From Clostridia bacterium (lineage in GTDB: Bacteria > Bacillota > Clostridia > RUG12999): DNA of 64,000 nucleotides. Positions 51,320 through 60,255 of the stretch are shown here, one piece after another. A model generated the notes under the pieces. It was not told the DNA's origin. It was given only the letters and a program-made list of their open reading frames with translations, and searched no databases. The position numbers and the translations under genes were made by a program. The stretch covers positions 71,953 through 135,952 of the forward strand of contig JAFTSG010000008.1 of assembly GCA_017467445.1 (NCBI GenBank). Direction: 5' to 3'. Numbering within the stretch: position 1 is the first letter of the stretch; each line of letters begins with the position of its first letter.

Positions 51320-51754
51320 ATGAATAACAAAGAATACAGCAAACTTGTAAAAGAAAAATCTCCCAAATCTAAAGTATATATAACTTTTCCTAAAGCCTTT
51401 TTCTTCGGTGGGACTATATGTCTTATAGGTGAAGTTATTCGTCAGTTTTTCCTCTCATCAACGGACGTTACTGAAATTCAGGCATCCGCACTTACATCAA
51501 TAACAATGATTTTTTTAGGTGCTCTTCTTACCGGTATAGGAATATACGACAAGCTCGGAAAACATGGCGGTGCAGGTACTGCAGTACCTATTACGGGATT
51601 TGCAAATTCCATTGTATCCCCCGCCATTGAACACAAGAGCGAAGGGCTTGTTCTTGGTGTGGGAGCACAGATGTTCAAAATGGCAGGACCGGTGCTTGTT
51701 TACGGAACACTTTCATCTGTTATTGTTGGACTTATATACTATTTTATACTTTAA
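51320..51754 (+). CDS. spoVAC: stage V sporulation protein AC
   Basis: It closely parallels B. subtilis SpoVAC (..LLTGIGIYDKLGKHGGAGTAVPITGFANS..EHKSEGLVLGV..). Confidence 0.88.
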   Translation: MNNKEYSKLVKEKSPKSKVYITFPKAFFFGGTICLIGEVIRQFFLSSTDVTEIQASALTSITMIFLGALLTGIGIYDKLGKHGGAGTAVPITGFANSIVSPAIEHKSEGLVLGVGAQMFKMAGPVLVYGTLSSVIVGLIYYFIL

Positions 51755-51757
51755 TAT

Positions 51758-51786
51758 TTGACAAAGTTTTTCCTTAGTTATATAAT
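51758..51786 (+). promoter_or_regulatory. consensus sigma-A promoter directly upstream of the decarboxylase gene
   Basis: TTGACA (51758-51763), a 17-nt spacer, then TATAAT (51781-51786). This is a perfect 12/12 match. Confidence 0.7.
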
Positions 51787-51794
51787 TTATTCGG

Positions 51795-53165
51795 GTGAAA
51801 AATTTGGATACATTATATGATAAACTAAAAAAAGTAAGAAAATTTCATAAAGTTGCGTTTCATATGCCGGGATCAAAAGGTGGTCGGGCTATTCCCCGAA
51901 AGTACCGCCACGGCATATGGAATCTTGATTACACAGGGGTTACGGGTACGGATAATTTATATGCTCCTGACGGCATTATTAAAGATGCCGAAACCCGTGC
52001 GGCAGATATATACGGAAGCAGCCACTGTTTTTATCTTGTAAACGGGTCAAGCTGCGGAATTTTATCTGCAATCTCTTACATATCGGAATTTGGCAAAAAA
52101 ATTATTGTTGACAGAGGCTGTCACATTTCCGCATTAAATGCACTTAAACTCTGTAAAATGGAGAGCGTATTTGCCTCTCCGCAGTACATATCTGAATTTG
52201 GCATTACAGGACAAATTTCTGCCGAAGAAATTGAAAGATTATTACAGGAAAATCCCGATACAGCGGCAGTTTTCCTGACATCTCCCAGCTATTACGGAAT
52301 GGTGCACGATATAAGAACAATATCCGCAGTTTGTAAAAAATACGGTAAAATATTATGTGTTGATGCAGCGCATGGTGCGCATTTTGCTTTTTCCGAAAAT
52401 TTTCCCGAATGTGCAGTTCGTGCGGGTGCGGATATTGTAATTATGAGTGTGCATAAAACACTTCCGGCGCCTACTCAGGCATCCATTATGCATATATCGG
52501 ATAATATTGATGCGGCTTTAATAAAAAAGAAAATAAACATTTTCCAGACAACAAGTCCGTCATATATTCTTATGACATATACCGATGTTGCCGTTTGTTA
52601 TATGTATAAATGCGGCAAAAAAACATTTGATAGGTTATGTAAAAGAATGTCCCGTTTTAAAGAAAAATGCAAACTTACCGTTGTCCCAACGGACGATTTT
52701 TCAAGACTTGTAATAAGCACCTGCAAAACAGGGAAAAGCGGATTTGAGCTTTCTGACTATCTTGAAAAGCATGGCATAATTGTTGAGGCGGCAGATTTAT
52801 ACAATGTCATTTGCATTTGTGGCAAAGGAAATTCAGCGTTGGATTTTAAAAGGTTACTTAAATATTGCAATCGGTTTTCAGAAAGTTCTTTACCTCCCCT
52901 TGAGCCGCCTGCCGATATGGTTTTATCAAAAGGTAACTTAAGCGGCAACCTTAATCTTCCAATAATAGAATTCGATATAAATGACTGCGCCGGAAAACTA
53001 TCTGCCGAAACAGTTACCGTATATCCCCCGGGGGTTCCCGTAGTATTTGAGGGAGAGCGTTTTGATACTTCCCAAACCGAGTATATAAGCCGGATTTTGG
53101 CACTTGGCGGCAAGACAATCGCCGTAAATAATGGCAAAATCAAATGTTTTATTGAAAATAACTAA
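51795..53165 (+). CDS. PLP-dependent Orn/Lys/Arg decarboxylase family protein (SpeA/YaaO-like)
   Basis: ..FHMPGSKGG.. N-terminal block as in B. subtilis SpeA/YaaO, and the PLP-lysine motif SVHKTLP. The start is uncertain: GTG 51795 or TTG 51804, with no in-frame ATG before residue 24. Confidence 0.8.
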   Translation: MKNLDTLYDKLKKVRKFHKVAFHMPGSKGGRAIPRKYRHGIWNLDYTGVTGTDNLYAPDGIIKDAETRAADIYGSSHCFYLVNGSSCGILSAISYISEFGKKIIVDRGCHISALNALKLCKMESVFASPQYISEFGITGQISAEEIERLLQENPDTAAVFLTSPSYYGMVHDIRTISAVCKKYGKILCVDAAHGAHFAFSENFPECAVRAGADIVIMSVHKTLPAPTQASIMHISDNIDAALIKKKINIFQTTSPSYILMTYTDVAVCYMYKCGKKTFDRLCKRMSRFKEKCKLTVVPTDDFSRLVISTCKTGKSGFELSDYLEKHGIIVEAADLYNVICICGKGNSALDFKRLLKYCNRFSESSLPPLEPPADMVLSKGNLSGNLNLPIIEFDINDCAGKLSAETVTVYPPGVPVVFEGERFDTSQTEYISRILALGGKTIAVNNGKIKCFIENN

Positions 53166-53170
53166 CTTTA

Positions 53171-53196
53171 TCAGGCATATTTTTAAATATGTCTGA
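53171..53196 (+). terminator. intrinsic terminator after the decarboxylase gene
   Basis: The stem is TCAGGCATAT.. / ..ATATGTCTGA with one G-U pair. A T8 run follows. Confidence 0.8.
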
Positions 53197-53412
53197 TTTT
53201 TTTTGAAACAACACACATAATGAAAAACAATCTTAATTTAAAATATTATCTTGTAATAAGATAATTGATTATCAATTAAGATATATAGAAAGGGGTTGGT
53301 AATAATTAAACTTTTAAGGTTGTCAAAAAACCATTTTAGAAATAAATAGAATATTTAAAAATGCAGTGGAGAAAATACTTTGTAATATCAACATAAAAAA
53401 GGAGTCATTATT

Positions 53413-54489
53413 ATGAAAAAACTTAAAATAGGTGTTATAGGTGCAGGCGGTATCTGCACAGCCTGCCATATGCCGGCATTTGCAGAAATGGATAATGTTG
53501 AAATTGTTGCAATTTGTGATATTAAAGTTCAAAAAGCACAGGCTCTTGCCGACAAATACGGTATTCCAAATGTATTTGAAGATTACAACGATGTTATCAG
53601 TATGGACGGAATTGATGCCATTGATATCTGCACTCCTAACTATCTCCATTCAATTATTGCCGTTGCAGCACTTAACAAAGGTCTTCACGTTTTCTGCGAA
53701 AAACCCGATGCTGTAAACGTTGAAGAAGCAAGCAAAATGAAAGCTGCTTCAGAAGCAAGCGGAAAAGTTCTTATGGTTATGAGAAATAACAGATTTACCC
53801 CTGCTTCCGAATTCCTTAAAAAGTACATTGAAGACGGTAAAATGGGTGAAATTTATGCCGCAAGATGTGGATGGCAGAGAAGACGCGGCATCCCCGGAAA
53901 AGGCGGTTGGTTTACAACAAAGCAGCAGTCCGGCGGCGGTCCGCTTATTGACCTTGGCGTTCATATGATTGACCTTGCAATATGGCTTATGGGGAACCCG
54001 AAACCCGTTGCAGTAAGCGGTTCAACATACACAAAATTTGCAAATGCAAAAGATGCTTCAGATTCTATACACTCTATTTTCGGCGAAACAAAAGAAGATG
54101 GTACTTTTGACGTTGAAGATCTTGCTATGGGATTTATCAAATTTGATAACGGTGCTTGCATGCAGATTGAATTCTCATGGGCATCAAACATTGAAAAAGA
54201 AAACAGATTTGTTGAACTCCGCGGTACAAATGCCGGTACAACACTTAACTTCAGCGATTCAAATCCAAAAATCTTTACAACAGAATTCGACAGAATTGTT
54301 GACATTGAACCAAAGCTCCCCACAGAGGGACTTCAGCAGCATGCAGCTAATATCCATCATTTTGCAGATGTTGTATTAAATGGTGCAAAACCAGACTTTA
54401 TTCCCGAACAGGGCGTTGATATGATTAAAATTCTTACTGCCATTTATAAATCGGCTGAAACAGGCAGAGAGGTACTATTAAATGATTAA
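53413..54489 (+). CDS. Gfo/Idh/MocA-family NAD(P)-dependent oxidoreductase
   Basis: IGVIGAGGI Rossmann motif and the CEKP motif. The RBS AAGGAG lies upstream. Confidence 0.85.
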   Translation: MKKLKIGVIGAGGICTACHMPAFAEMDNVEIVAICDIKVQKAQALADKYGIPNVFEDYNDVISMDGIDAIDICTPNYLHSIIAVAALNKGLHVFCEKPDAVNVEEASKMKAASEASGKVLMVMRNNRFTPASEFLKKYIEDGKMGEIYAARCGWQRRRGIPGKGGWFTTKQQSGGGPLIDLGVHMIDLAIWLMGNPKPVAVSGSTYTKFANAKDASDSIHSIFGETKEDGTFDVEDLAMGFIKFDNGACMQIEFSWASNIEKENRFVELRGTNAGTTLNFSDSNPKIFTTEFDRIVDIEPKLPTEGLQQHAANIHHFADVVLNGAKPDFIPEQGVDMIKILTAIYKSAETGREVLLND

Positions 54490-54519
54490 TACAGAAAGCT
54501 AATAGGAGTTGTTATAATT

Positions 54520-55485
54520 ATGAAGCTTGGAGTTCTTACGGTTGCAACCTATGATAAATCTCTTGAAGATACAGCTAAATATTTAAGTTCTCTCGGGGTG
54601 CAGGCTCTTGAAATAGGTGCCGGCGGATGCCCCGGAAATACACATTTAAATCCTGATGATTATCTTGATAATCCTGCGAAAATACAGGAATTTAAAGATA
54701 TGCTGGGAAAATACAATCTTACGGTGCCGGCACTTTCCTGTCACGGCAATGCCGTTCATCCGAATAAAAGGACGGCAGCAAAATATCAGGCGGATTTTGA
54801 AAAAACCATTCTTCTTGCTGAAAAGCTTGGCATCGATACCATCATTACCTTTTCCGGTTGTCCGGGCGGATGCGCCGAAGATAAAACTCCTAACTGGGCA
54901 ACCTGTCCATGGCCGGAGGATTTCCTTGATATTCTTGACTATCAGTGGAACGAGGTTTTAATTCCCTACTGGAAAGAAGCATGTGCTTTTGCAAATAAAC
55001 ACGGCGTTAAGAAAATAGCACTTGAGCTTCATCCGGGATTTTGTGTATACAATCCTGAAACTCTTATGAAACTACGCACGGCAGTTGGCGATACAATAGG
55101 TGCAAACCTTGACCCCAGCCATTTGTTCTGGCAGGGCATCGATATTATAGCCGCTATAAGATATCTTAGCGATGCAATTTATCATTTCCACGCAAAAGAT
55201 ACCAAAGTTGACGAGCTTAACAAAGCTGTTAACGGTGTTCTTGACACAAAGCATTATAGTGATGAAATTCACCGTTCATGGATTTTCCGTTCCGTTGGAT
55301 ACGGACACGATGCCCATGTTTGGAAAGACATTATTTCCAACCTGCGCATGGTGGGATATGACGGAATAATCAGTATTGAGCACGAAGACAGCCTTATGAC
55401 AGGCGACGAGGGATTACGTAAAGCAATAGAATTCCTTAAAGATGTTCTCATTTTTGAGAGCAAAGGAGAAATGTGGTGGGCGTAA
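54520..55485 (+). CDS. xylose-isomerase-like TIM-barrel protein (sugar phosphate isomerase/epimerase family)
   Basis: Metal-ligand pattern typical of the AP_endonuc_2 fold: ..ALELHPG.., ..NLDPSH.., ..HFHAKD.. and ..SIEHED... Confidence 0.8.
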   Translation: MKLGVLTVATYDKSLEDTAKYLSSLGVQALEIGAGGCPGNTHLNPDDYLDNPAKIQEFKDMLGKYNLTVPALSCHGNAVHPNKRTAAKYQADFEKTILLAEKLGIDTIITFSGCPGGCAEDKTPNWATCPWPEDFLDILDYQWNEVLIPYWKEACAFANKHGVKKIALELHPGFCVYNPETLMKLRTAVGDTIGANLDPSHLFWQGIDIIAAIRYLSDAIYHFHAKDTKVDELNKAVNGVLDTKHYSDEIHRSWIFRSVGYGHDAHVWKDIISNLRMVGYDGIISIEHEDSLMTGDEGLRKAIEFLKDVLIFESKGEMWWA

Positions 55486-56537
55486 TGAAAAAATACGGAC
55501 TTGGAATTATCGGATTTGGCGGTATGGGATATTACCATTGCCAGGAAATTGCAAAGGATGAGCGCTTGTTTATTTCCGGAATTTACGACATAAATGAGAA
55601 CAGAACAAAATTTGCAAAAGAGCAGAATATAAACGTATATTCCTCCGCTGAAGCACTTCTTGCAGACAAAAATGTAAATATTGTTCTTGTTGCAACACCG
55701 AACAATTTTCACAAAGAATATTCAATTGCCGCACTGCGTGCTAAAAAGGCCGTTATATGTGAAAAACCTGTTACAGTTTGCAGCAGCGACCTTGAAGATA
55801 TTATAAAAGTTGCGGAAGAAGAAGGATGTATTTTTACCATTCATCAAAACCGCCGAATGGATAAAGATTATCTTCTTGTTAAAGAAGCATATGAAAAAGG
55901 CTCTCTCGGCAACATATTCTCTATTGAATCAAGAGTTCACGGTGCACGTGGTGTTCCCGACGGCTGGCGTCAGTACAAGGTTGCCGGCGGCGGTATGCTT
56001 CTTGACTGGGGTGTACATCTTATTGACCAGATTATGAATATGCTTCCTGAAAAGGTTGTTTCGGTATATACTCATATGTTCAGCATAAAATATCCCGAAG
56101 TTGACGATTATTTCAAACTGATGTTACGTTTTGAAAGCGGAAAATCTGCACAGATTGAGGTTGGTACCTGCAACTTTATTGCAATGCCGAGATGGTATGT
56201 ATGCGGTGATAATGGCACAATGATTGTTGAAAACTGGAGCTGTGACGGAAAAATTGTCCGTTCAAAAGAAACCGAGGAACATTGGGAAGAAGATATTGTA
56301 TATACAAAAGCAGGTCCTACAAAAACAATGGCTCCACGCAGAAAAGAAACAACCGAGGAAATCCCTCTTGTTGAGCCTGATACGGACTATACCCGTTCCT
56401 ACAAGGCTATTATTGATGCGCTCGAAGGTAACGGCAAACCGCTTGTAGACCCAAAAGAAGCTCTCCGTGTTGTTAAGGTTATTGAAGCAACATTTGAATC
56501 TTTTGAGACAGGAAAGGTAGTTGAAACAAATATATAA
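55485..56537 (+). CDS. Gfo/Idh/MocA-family NAD(P)-dependent oxidoreductase
   Basis: LGIIGFGGMG Rossmann motif and the CEKP motif. Start ATG 55485 overlaps the upstream stop (TAATG). Confidence 0.85.
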   Translation: MKKYGLGIIGFGGMGYYHCQEIAKDERLFISGIYDINENRTKFAKEQNINVYSSAEALLADKNVNIVLVATPNNFHKEYSIAALRAKKAVICEKPVTVCSSDLEDIIKVAEEEGCIFTIHQNRRMDKDYLLVKEAYEKGSLGNIFSIESRVHGARGVPDGWRQYKVAGGGMLLDWGVHLIDQIMNMLPEKVVSVYTHMFSIKYPEVDDYFKLMLRFESGKSAQIEVGTCNFIAMPRWYVCGDNGTMIVENWSCDGKIVRSKETEEHWEEDIVYTKAGPTKTMAPRRKETTEEIPLVEPDTDYTRSYKAIIDALEGNGKPLVDPKEALRVVKVIEATFESFETGKVVETNI

Positions 56538-56543
56538 CAAAAA

Positions 56544-56564
56544 GGGCTGTGAAAATCACAGTCC
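56544..56564. terminator. bidirectional terminator shared by the oxidoreductase cassette (+) and copA (-)
   Basis: The stem is GGGCTGTGA / TCACAGTCC with one G-U pair and an AAA loop. It is flanked by AAAA and TTTTATTTT, and the copA stop lies inside the stem. Confidence 0.75.
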
Positions 56565-58787
56565 TTTTATTTTAAACTTATTTAATCGCAGTGCGTTTGT
56601 GATGACAGATACAGAACTAAGCGACATTGCCGCGGCGCCAATCATAGGGCTTAAAAGCGGACCACCGAATATATGAAGCAGACCTGCCGCTATCGGTATA
56701 CCAAGAGTATTATAGCCAAATGCCCAGAAAAGATTTTGTTTAATATTACGTATAGTTGCGCGACTTAATAAAAGTGCATAACACACGTCATTTAAGTCAC
56801 TTTTCATAAGTACAATATCGGCACTTTCCATAGCAACATCTGTGCCCGAGCCGACAGCAATACCTACATCTGCCTGCGCAAGTGCGGGAGCATCGTTGAT
56901 TCCGTCGCCTATCATTGCAACTATATGTCCCTCTTCCTGCAGTTTTTTAACTGCCGACGCTTTATCCTGTGGCATAACTTCAGCAATAACTTCATCAATA
57001 CCTACCACAGATGCAATTGCTGCTGCAGTAGCTTTATTATCTCCCGTAACCATTACTGTCTTTATTCCAAGTTCGTGCAGTTTTTTGATTGCTTCGCAGC
57101 TGCTTTCCTTTACCGTATCGGCAACTGCAATTATCCCTGCAAAAGAGCCGTCTACAGCAATATACATAGGTGTTTTACCTTCTTTTGAAAGGTGCGATAT
57201 ATCAATATCTATGCTGTGTTCATTCATCAGCTTTTGATTACCTATCAGTACGGATTTACCGTCAACTCTGGCAATAATCCCTTGTCCTGTTACCGAAGTA
57301 AAATCTGTTATATCTGTAAGCGGAATTTTTGTTTCTGTAGCATATTTTACTATTGCCTCTCCAAGCGGATGCTCAGAAGCTTTTTCGGCAGATGCCGCAA
57401 GGTGGATAAGCTCTGTTTTATTAAAACCTGCTGCCGTTATTACGTCAGTAACTGCCGGTTTCCCTTCCGTTATAGTACCCGTTTTATCAAATACAGCCAC
57501 ACTAATTTTATGTGCGGTTTCAAGTGCTTCGCCGTTTTTAAACAAAATCCCGTGCTTAGCACCTTTGCCCGTTCCTACCATTATTGCAGTAGGTGTTGCA
57601 AGTCCAAGCGCACAAGGGCATGCAATAACAAGTACAGCGACAAATACTGTAACTGCAAATGACACGTTTTCCCCTGCTATAAGCCATCCTACGCAAGCCA
57701 AAATAGCAATTATAAGCACTGTCGGTACAAACTTTGCGGCTACATTATCTGCAAGTTTTGCAATAGGTGCTTTTGTCCCTTGCGCATCTTCAACCATTTT
57801 GATTATCTGTGCAAGAACTGTATCTTTTCCTACGTTTGTAGCGCGGAATTTTACATAACCGTTTTTATTGATTGATGCGCCTGTAACCTTATCGCCAACC
57901 CGTTTTTCTACCGGAATGCTTTCTCCGGTCAGCATTGATTCATCAACAGTTGTATATCCTTCAATAATCTCACCGTCAACAGGGATTTTTTCGCCCGGTT
58001 TAACAATAATTATATCCCCTGTTTTAACATCGTCAATAAGAACCTCATATTCCTTTTCGTCTTTTAAAACTGTTGCGGTTTTGGGGCTAAGTCCTATAAG
58101 TGTTTTTATTGCCGCTCCTGTTTTTCCTTTCGACCTTGCTTCAAGGGTTTTGCCAAGCATTACAAGCGTTATTATCATGGAAGCAGATTCAAAATAAAGG
58201 TTGTGTACGCCGTGCATATCACCGCCGATTATACGAATTATTGAATATACACTATATATAAATGCCGCCGTTGTGCCCACGGCAATAAGCGAGTCCATAT
58301 TTGGCGCACCCTGAAACAGATTTTTATACCCTATAGTATAAAATTTATATCCTGCTATCACAACAGGAATACATAAAATAAGCTCGCAAATTGCGTAACG
58401 CAGCGGATAGGTTTCAGGTGAAATAAACGCAGGCACAACGCCATTACCAAAAAGCATTGGTGCCATTGCAATATAAAATAAAATAACTGAAAATACTGCT
58501 GCAACCGCAAACTTGATTTTGAATACCTTTATTTCGATTTCCTTATTTAATTTTTCTTCATCAGCAGTAACTTTTTCAGGCAACTTCGCACCATAACCCA
58601 TTTTTTCAATAATGGCAATTATTTCAGTTTCGGAAATAACATCAGGGTCAAATGTGAACGTGCCTTTTTCGCCCGCAAGGTTGACCACCGCTTCGGTAAC
58701 TCCCTCGGTTTTACCGAGTTTACGTTCAATTCTTCCGCTGCAGGCAGCGCAGGTCATACCGCTGATTATAAGTTCCTGTTTTTTCAT
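56556..58787 (-). CDS. copA: copper-translocating P1B-type ATPase
   Basis: N-terminal HMA motif GMTCAAC, the TM6 CPC motif, DKTGT and GDGINDAP. Confidence 0.95.
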   Translation of the reverse strand: MKKQELIISGMTCAACSGRIERKLGKTEGVTEAVVNLAGEKGTFTFDPDVISETEIIAIIEKMGYGAKLPEKVTADEEKLNKEIEIKVFKIKFAVAAVFSVILFYIAMAPMLFGNGVVPAFISPETYPLRYAICELILCIPVVIAGYKFYTIGYKNLFQGAPNMDSLIAVGTTAAFIYSVYSIIRIIGGDMHGVHNLYFESASMIITLVMLGKTLEARSKGKTGAAIKTLIGLSPKTATVLKDEKEYEVLIDDVKTGDIIIVKPGEKIPVDGEIIEGYTTVDESMLTGESIPVEKRVGDKVTGASINKNGYVKFRATNVGKDTVLAQIIKMVEDAQGTKAPIAKLADNVAAKFVPTVLIIAILACVGWLIAGENVSFAVTVFVAVLVIACPCALGLATPTAIMVGTGKGAKHGILFKNGEALETAHKISVAVFDKTGTITEGKPAVTDVITAAGFNKTELIHLAASAEKASEHPLGEAIVKYATETKIPLTDITDFTSVTGQGIIARVDGKSVLIGNQKLMNEHSIDIDISHLSKEGKTPMYIAVDGSFAGIIAVADTVKESSCEAIKKLHELGIKTVMVTGDNKATAAAIASVVGIDEVIAEVMPQDKASAVKKLQEEGHIVAMIGDGINDAPALAQADVGIAVGSGTDVAMESADIVLMKSDLNDVCYALLLSRATIRNIKQNLFWAFGYNTLGIPIAAGLLHIFGGPLLSPMIGAAAMSLSSVSVITNALRLNKFKIKGL

Positions 58788-58994
58788 TTATACCACTTCA
58801 AAGCCTTCCTCTTCGATTGCGTCTGCAATCATATCAAGTGTTACTTTTGTTTCATCAAAAACCACCGTTACTTTCTTTTCAGGTGCCGATGCTTTTACTT
58901 CCGCTACTCCGTCAAGTTCAGCTACTACATCCATAACTGCTTTTTCGCAGTGCGCACAGTTCATTCCATTTACGTTTAAAATTTCTGTTTTCAT
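58788..58994 (-). CDS. copZ: copper chaperone CopZ (heavy-metal-associated domain)
   Basis: 68 aa with the GMNCAHC metal-binding motif. It abuts the copA start with no gap. Confidence 0.9.
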   Translation of the reverse strand: MKTEILNVNGMNCAHCEKAVMDVVAELDGVAEVKASAPEKKVTVVFDETKVTLDMIADAIEEEGFEVV

Positions 58995-59054
58995 TTTTTA
59001 TCCTCCTTTAAGCTGAAATAATTATTTCGGCATCAACTATTTTTTCTATATAGA

Positions 59055-59083
59055 ATTATATCACAATAATAAAAAAAAGGCAA
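59055..59083 (-). promoter_or_regulatory. sigma-A-type promoter for copZA
   Basis: On the minus strand: TTGCCT (59083-59078), a 17-nt spacer, then TGTGaTATAAT (TATAAT = 59060-59055). The palindromes TTCTATATAGAA (59044-59055) and GAAATAATTATTTC (59015-59028) lie in the leader. Confidence 0.65.
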
Positions 59084-59100
59084 TATATGTGTTATTGCCT
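59078..59100 (-). terminator. intrinsic terminator after the bile-salt-hydrolase-like gene
   Basis: Minus-strand RNA reads AGGCAAUA-loop-UAUUGCCU followed by U8. It overlaps the stop codon. Confidence 0.8.
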
Positions 59101-60070
59101 AGTTTTGTATATTGATTTTTTCCTGTTGTACAAGGTCGTATACAATAAGTTTATCGAAGTCAAGGTTTTCTTTATGCATATCAACTGCATTGATGCTCAA
59201 ATTATTATAAGTTGTATAATAATATATGCCCGTATCCGTATTACAACATGAAGAGTAGTTTGTTATTTCGTATCCCTTTCCCACTTTTGCGCAGCCTTTT
59301 TGCTGATACACCGAATAGAGTATATGAAAAAACTGACCCACAATTTCCGTTTCGGTTTTACTGTATACGGAATTAAGTTTTGTAAAGCAGGCGCGCACAA
59401 ACCTTGACATTGACGAGAGGTCCCCCGGAAGTCCTATGCCGCCCATTCCCCTGCTATAAGGTATAAGATTTATTTTATCCGAAAATCTGTTTTCCGGTTC
59501 ATCGGACGAAACATTCATATAGTTTGCCAGGTTATACATATGCCAGTCAAATGGAGGGTTATTTGTAAGCACGCCTACCGGATTTTCATATATTTTTGCG
59601 CCCTCTTTTGTTTGTTCAAGAGTTATGCTTTTTTCTTTATCTGAAATTATCCAGTGCAGTGGCGATGGCGGCATTTTTTCATTGAAGCTTTCGTCTGTTA
59701 TGTTTATGTTTTTAAGTAATTTTTCCGCCTCTGACACTGTTTTACACTGACACAAAATCCACGGAATAAGTTCAAATGACGCTACATTTTCTTTTACGCT
59801 GTCTTTTTTCATATATACGGCATTTTCAGGGAAATTAAGTCCTGCCACACCAAGGCCCGCCTCATTTACTGCATCGAAATAAAGTGGGTAATTATCCACC
59901 GGAAGTGCCATTCCAATTATGGCAGGATGATTTTTTATTTCTGTTCCGTTTTCGAAACAAAATTTATAGTTTCTCGGCGTGATTGTTATTTTCTCGCCGA
60001 AGGTATGTTCATAATCAAGGTTTCTGCCGAAATAATGATTTCCGTTTGTTACTGATATTGCTGTGCACAT
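59099..60070 (-). CDS. choloylglycine hydrolase family (bile salt hydrolase / linear amide C-N hydrolase, Ntn hydrolase)
   Basis: MCTAISV.. places the nucleophile Cys directly after the initiator Met. Other family blocks are ..FGRNLDYE.., ..GLNFPE.. and ..LTNNPPFDWH... Start moved to ATG 60070. Confidence 0.85.
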   Translation of the reverse strand: MCTAISVTNGNHYFGRNLDYEHTFGEKITITPRNYKFCFENGTEIKNHPAIIGMALPVDNYPLYFDAVNEAGLGVAGLNFPENAVYMKKDSVKENVASFELIPWILCQCKTVSEAEKLLKNINITDESFNEKMPPSPLHWIISDKEKSITLEQTKEGAKIYENPVGVLTNNPPFDWHMYNLANYMNVSSDEPENRFSDKINLIPYSRGMGGIGLPGDLSSMSRFVRACFTKLNSVYSKTETEIVGQFFHILYSVYQQKGCAKVGKGYEITNYSSCCNTDTGIYYYTTYNNLSINAVDMHKENLDFDKLIVYDLVQQEKINIQN

Positions 60071-60230
60071 TTGTATCACTCCCGATTGTAGTATGCACAG
60101 TTTTCAAGAGGAGATACGTAACGTAAGGTTGCAAGAAAAAGATGCAGAACGGACAAACTTCAGTCCCGAAGCTGTACATAGGTACTGCGAGAGGTGAAGT
60201 TTGTTCGTAGCATAAAGCGATAAGATAAAA

Positions 60231-60255
60231 AAGGAGTTGACGCAGTCAACTCCTT
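60231..60255 (-). terminator. intrinsic terminator downstream of potD
   Basis: Minus-strand RNA reads AAGGAGUUGAC-UGC-GUCAACUCCUU followed by UUUUAU. The stem is 11 bp. Confidence 0.8.

Noticed and set aside
53323-53649. A 108-aa minus-strand ORF spanning the spacer and the 5' end of the first oxidoreductase gene.
   Set aside because: It overlaps the well-supported Gfo/Idh/MocA start and its RBS. It has no SD sequence, and its composition is typical of antisense translation.
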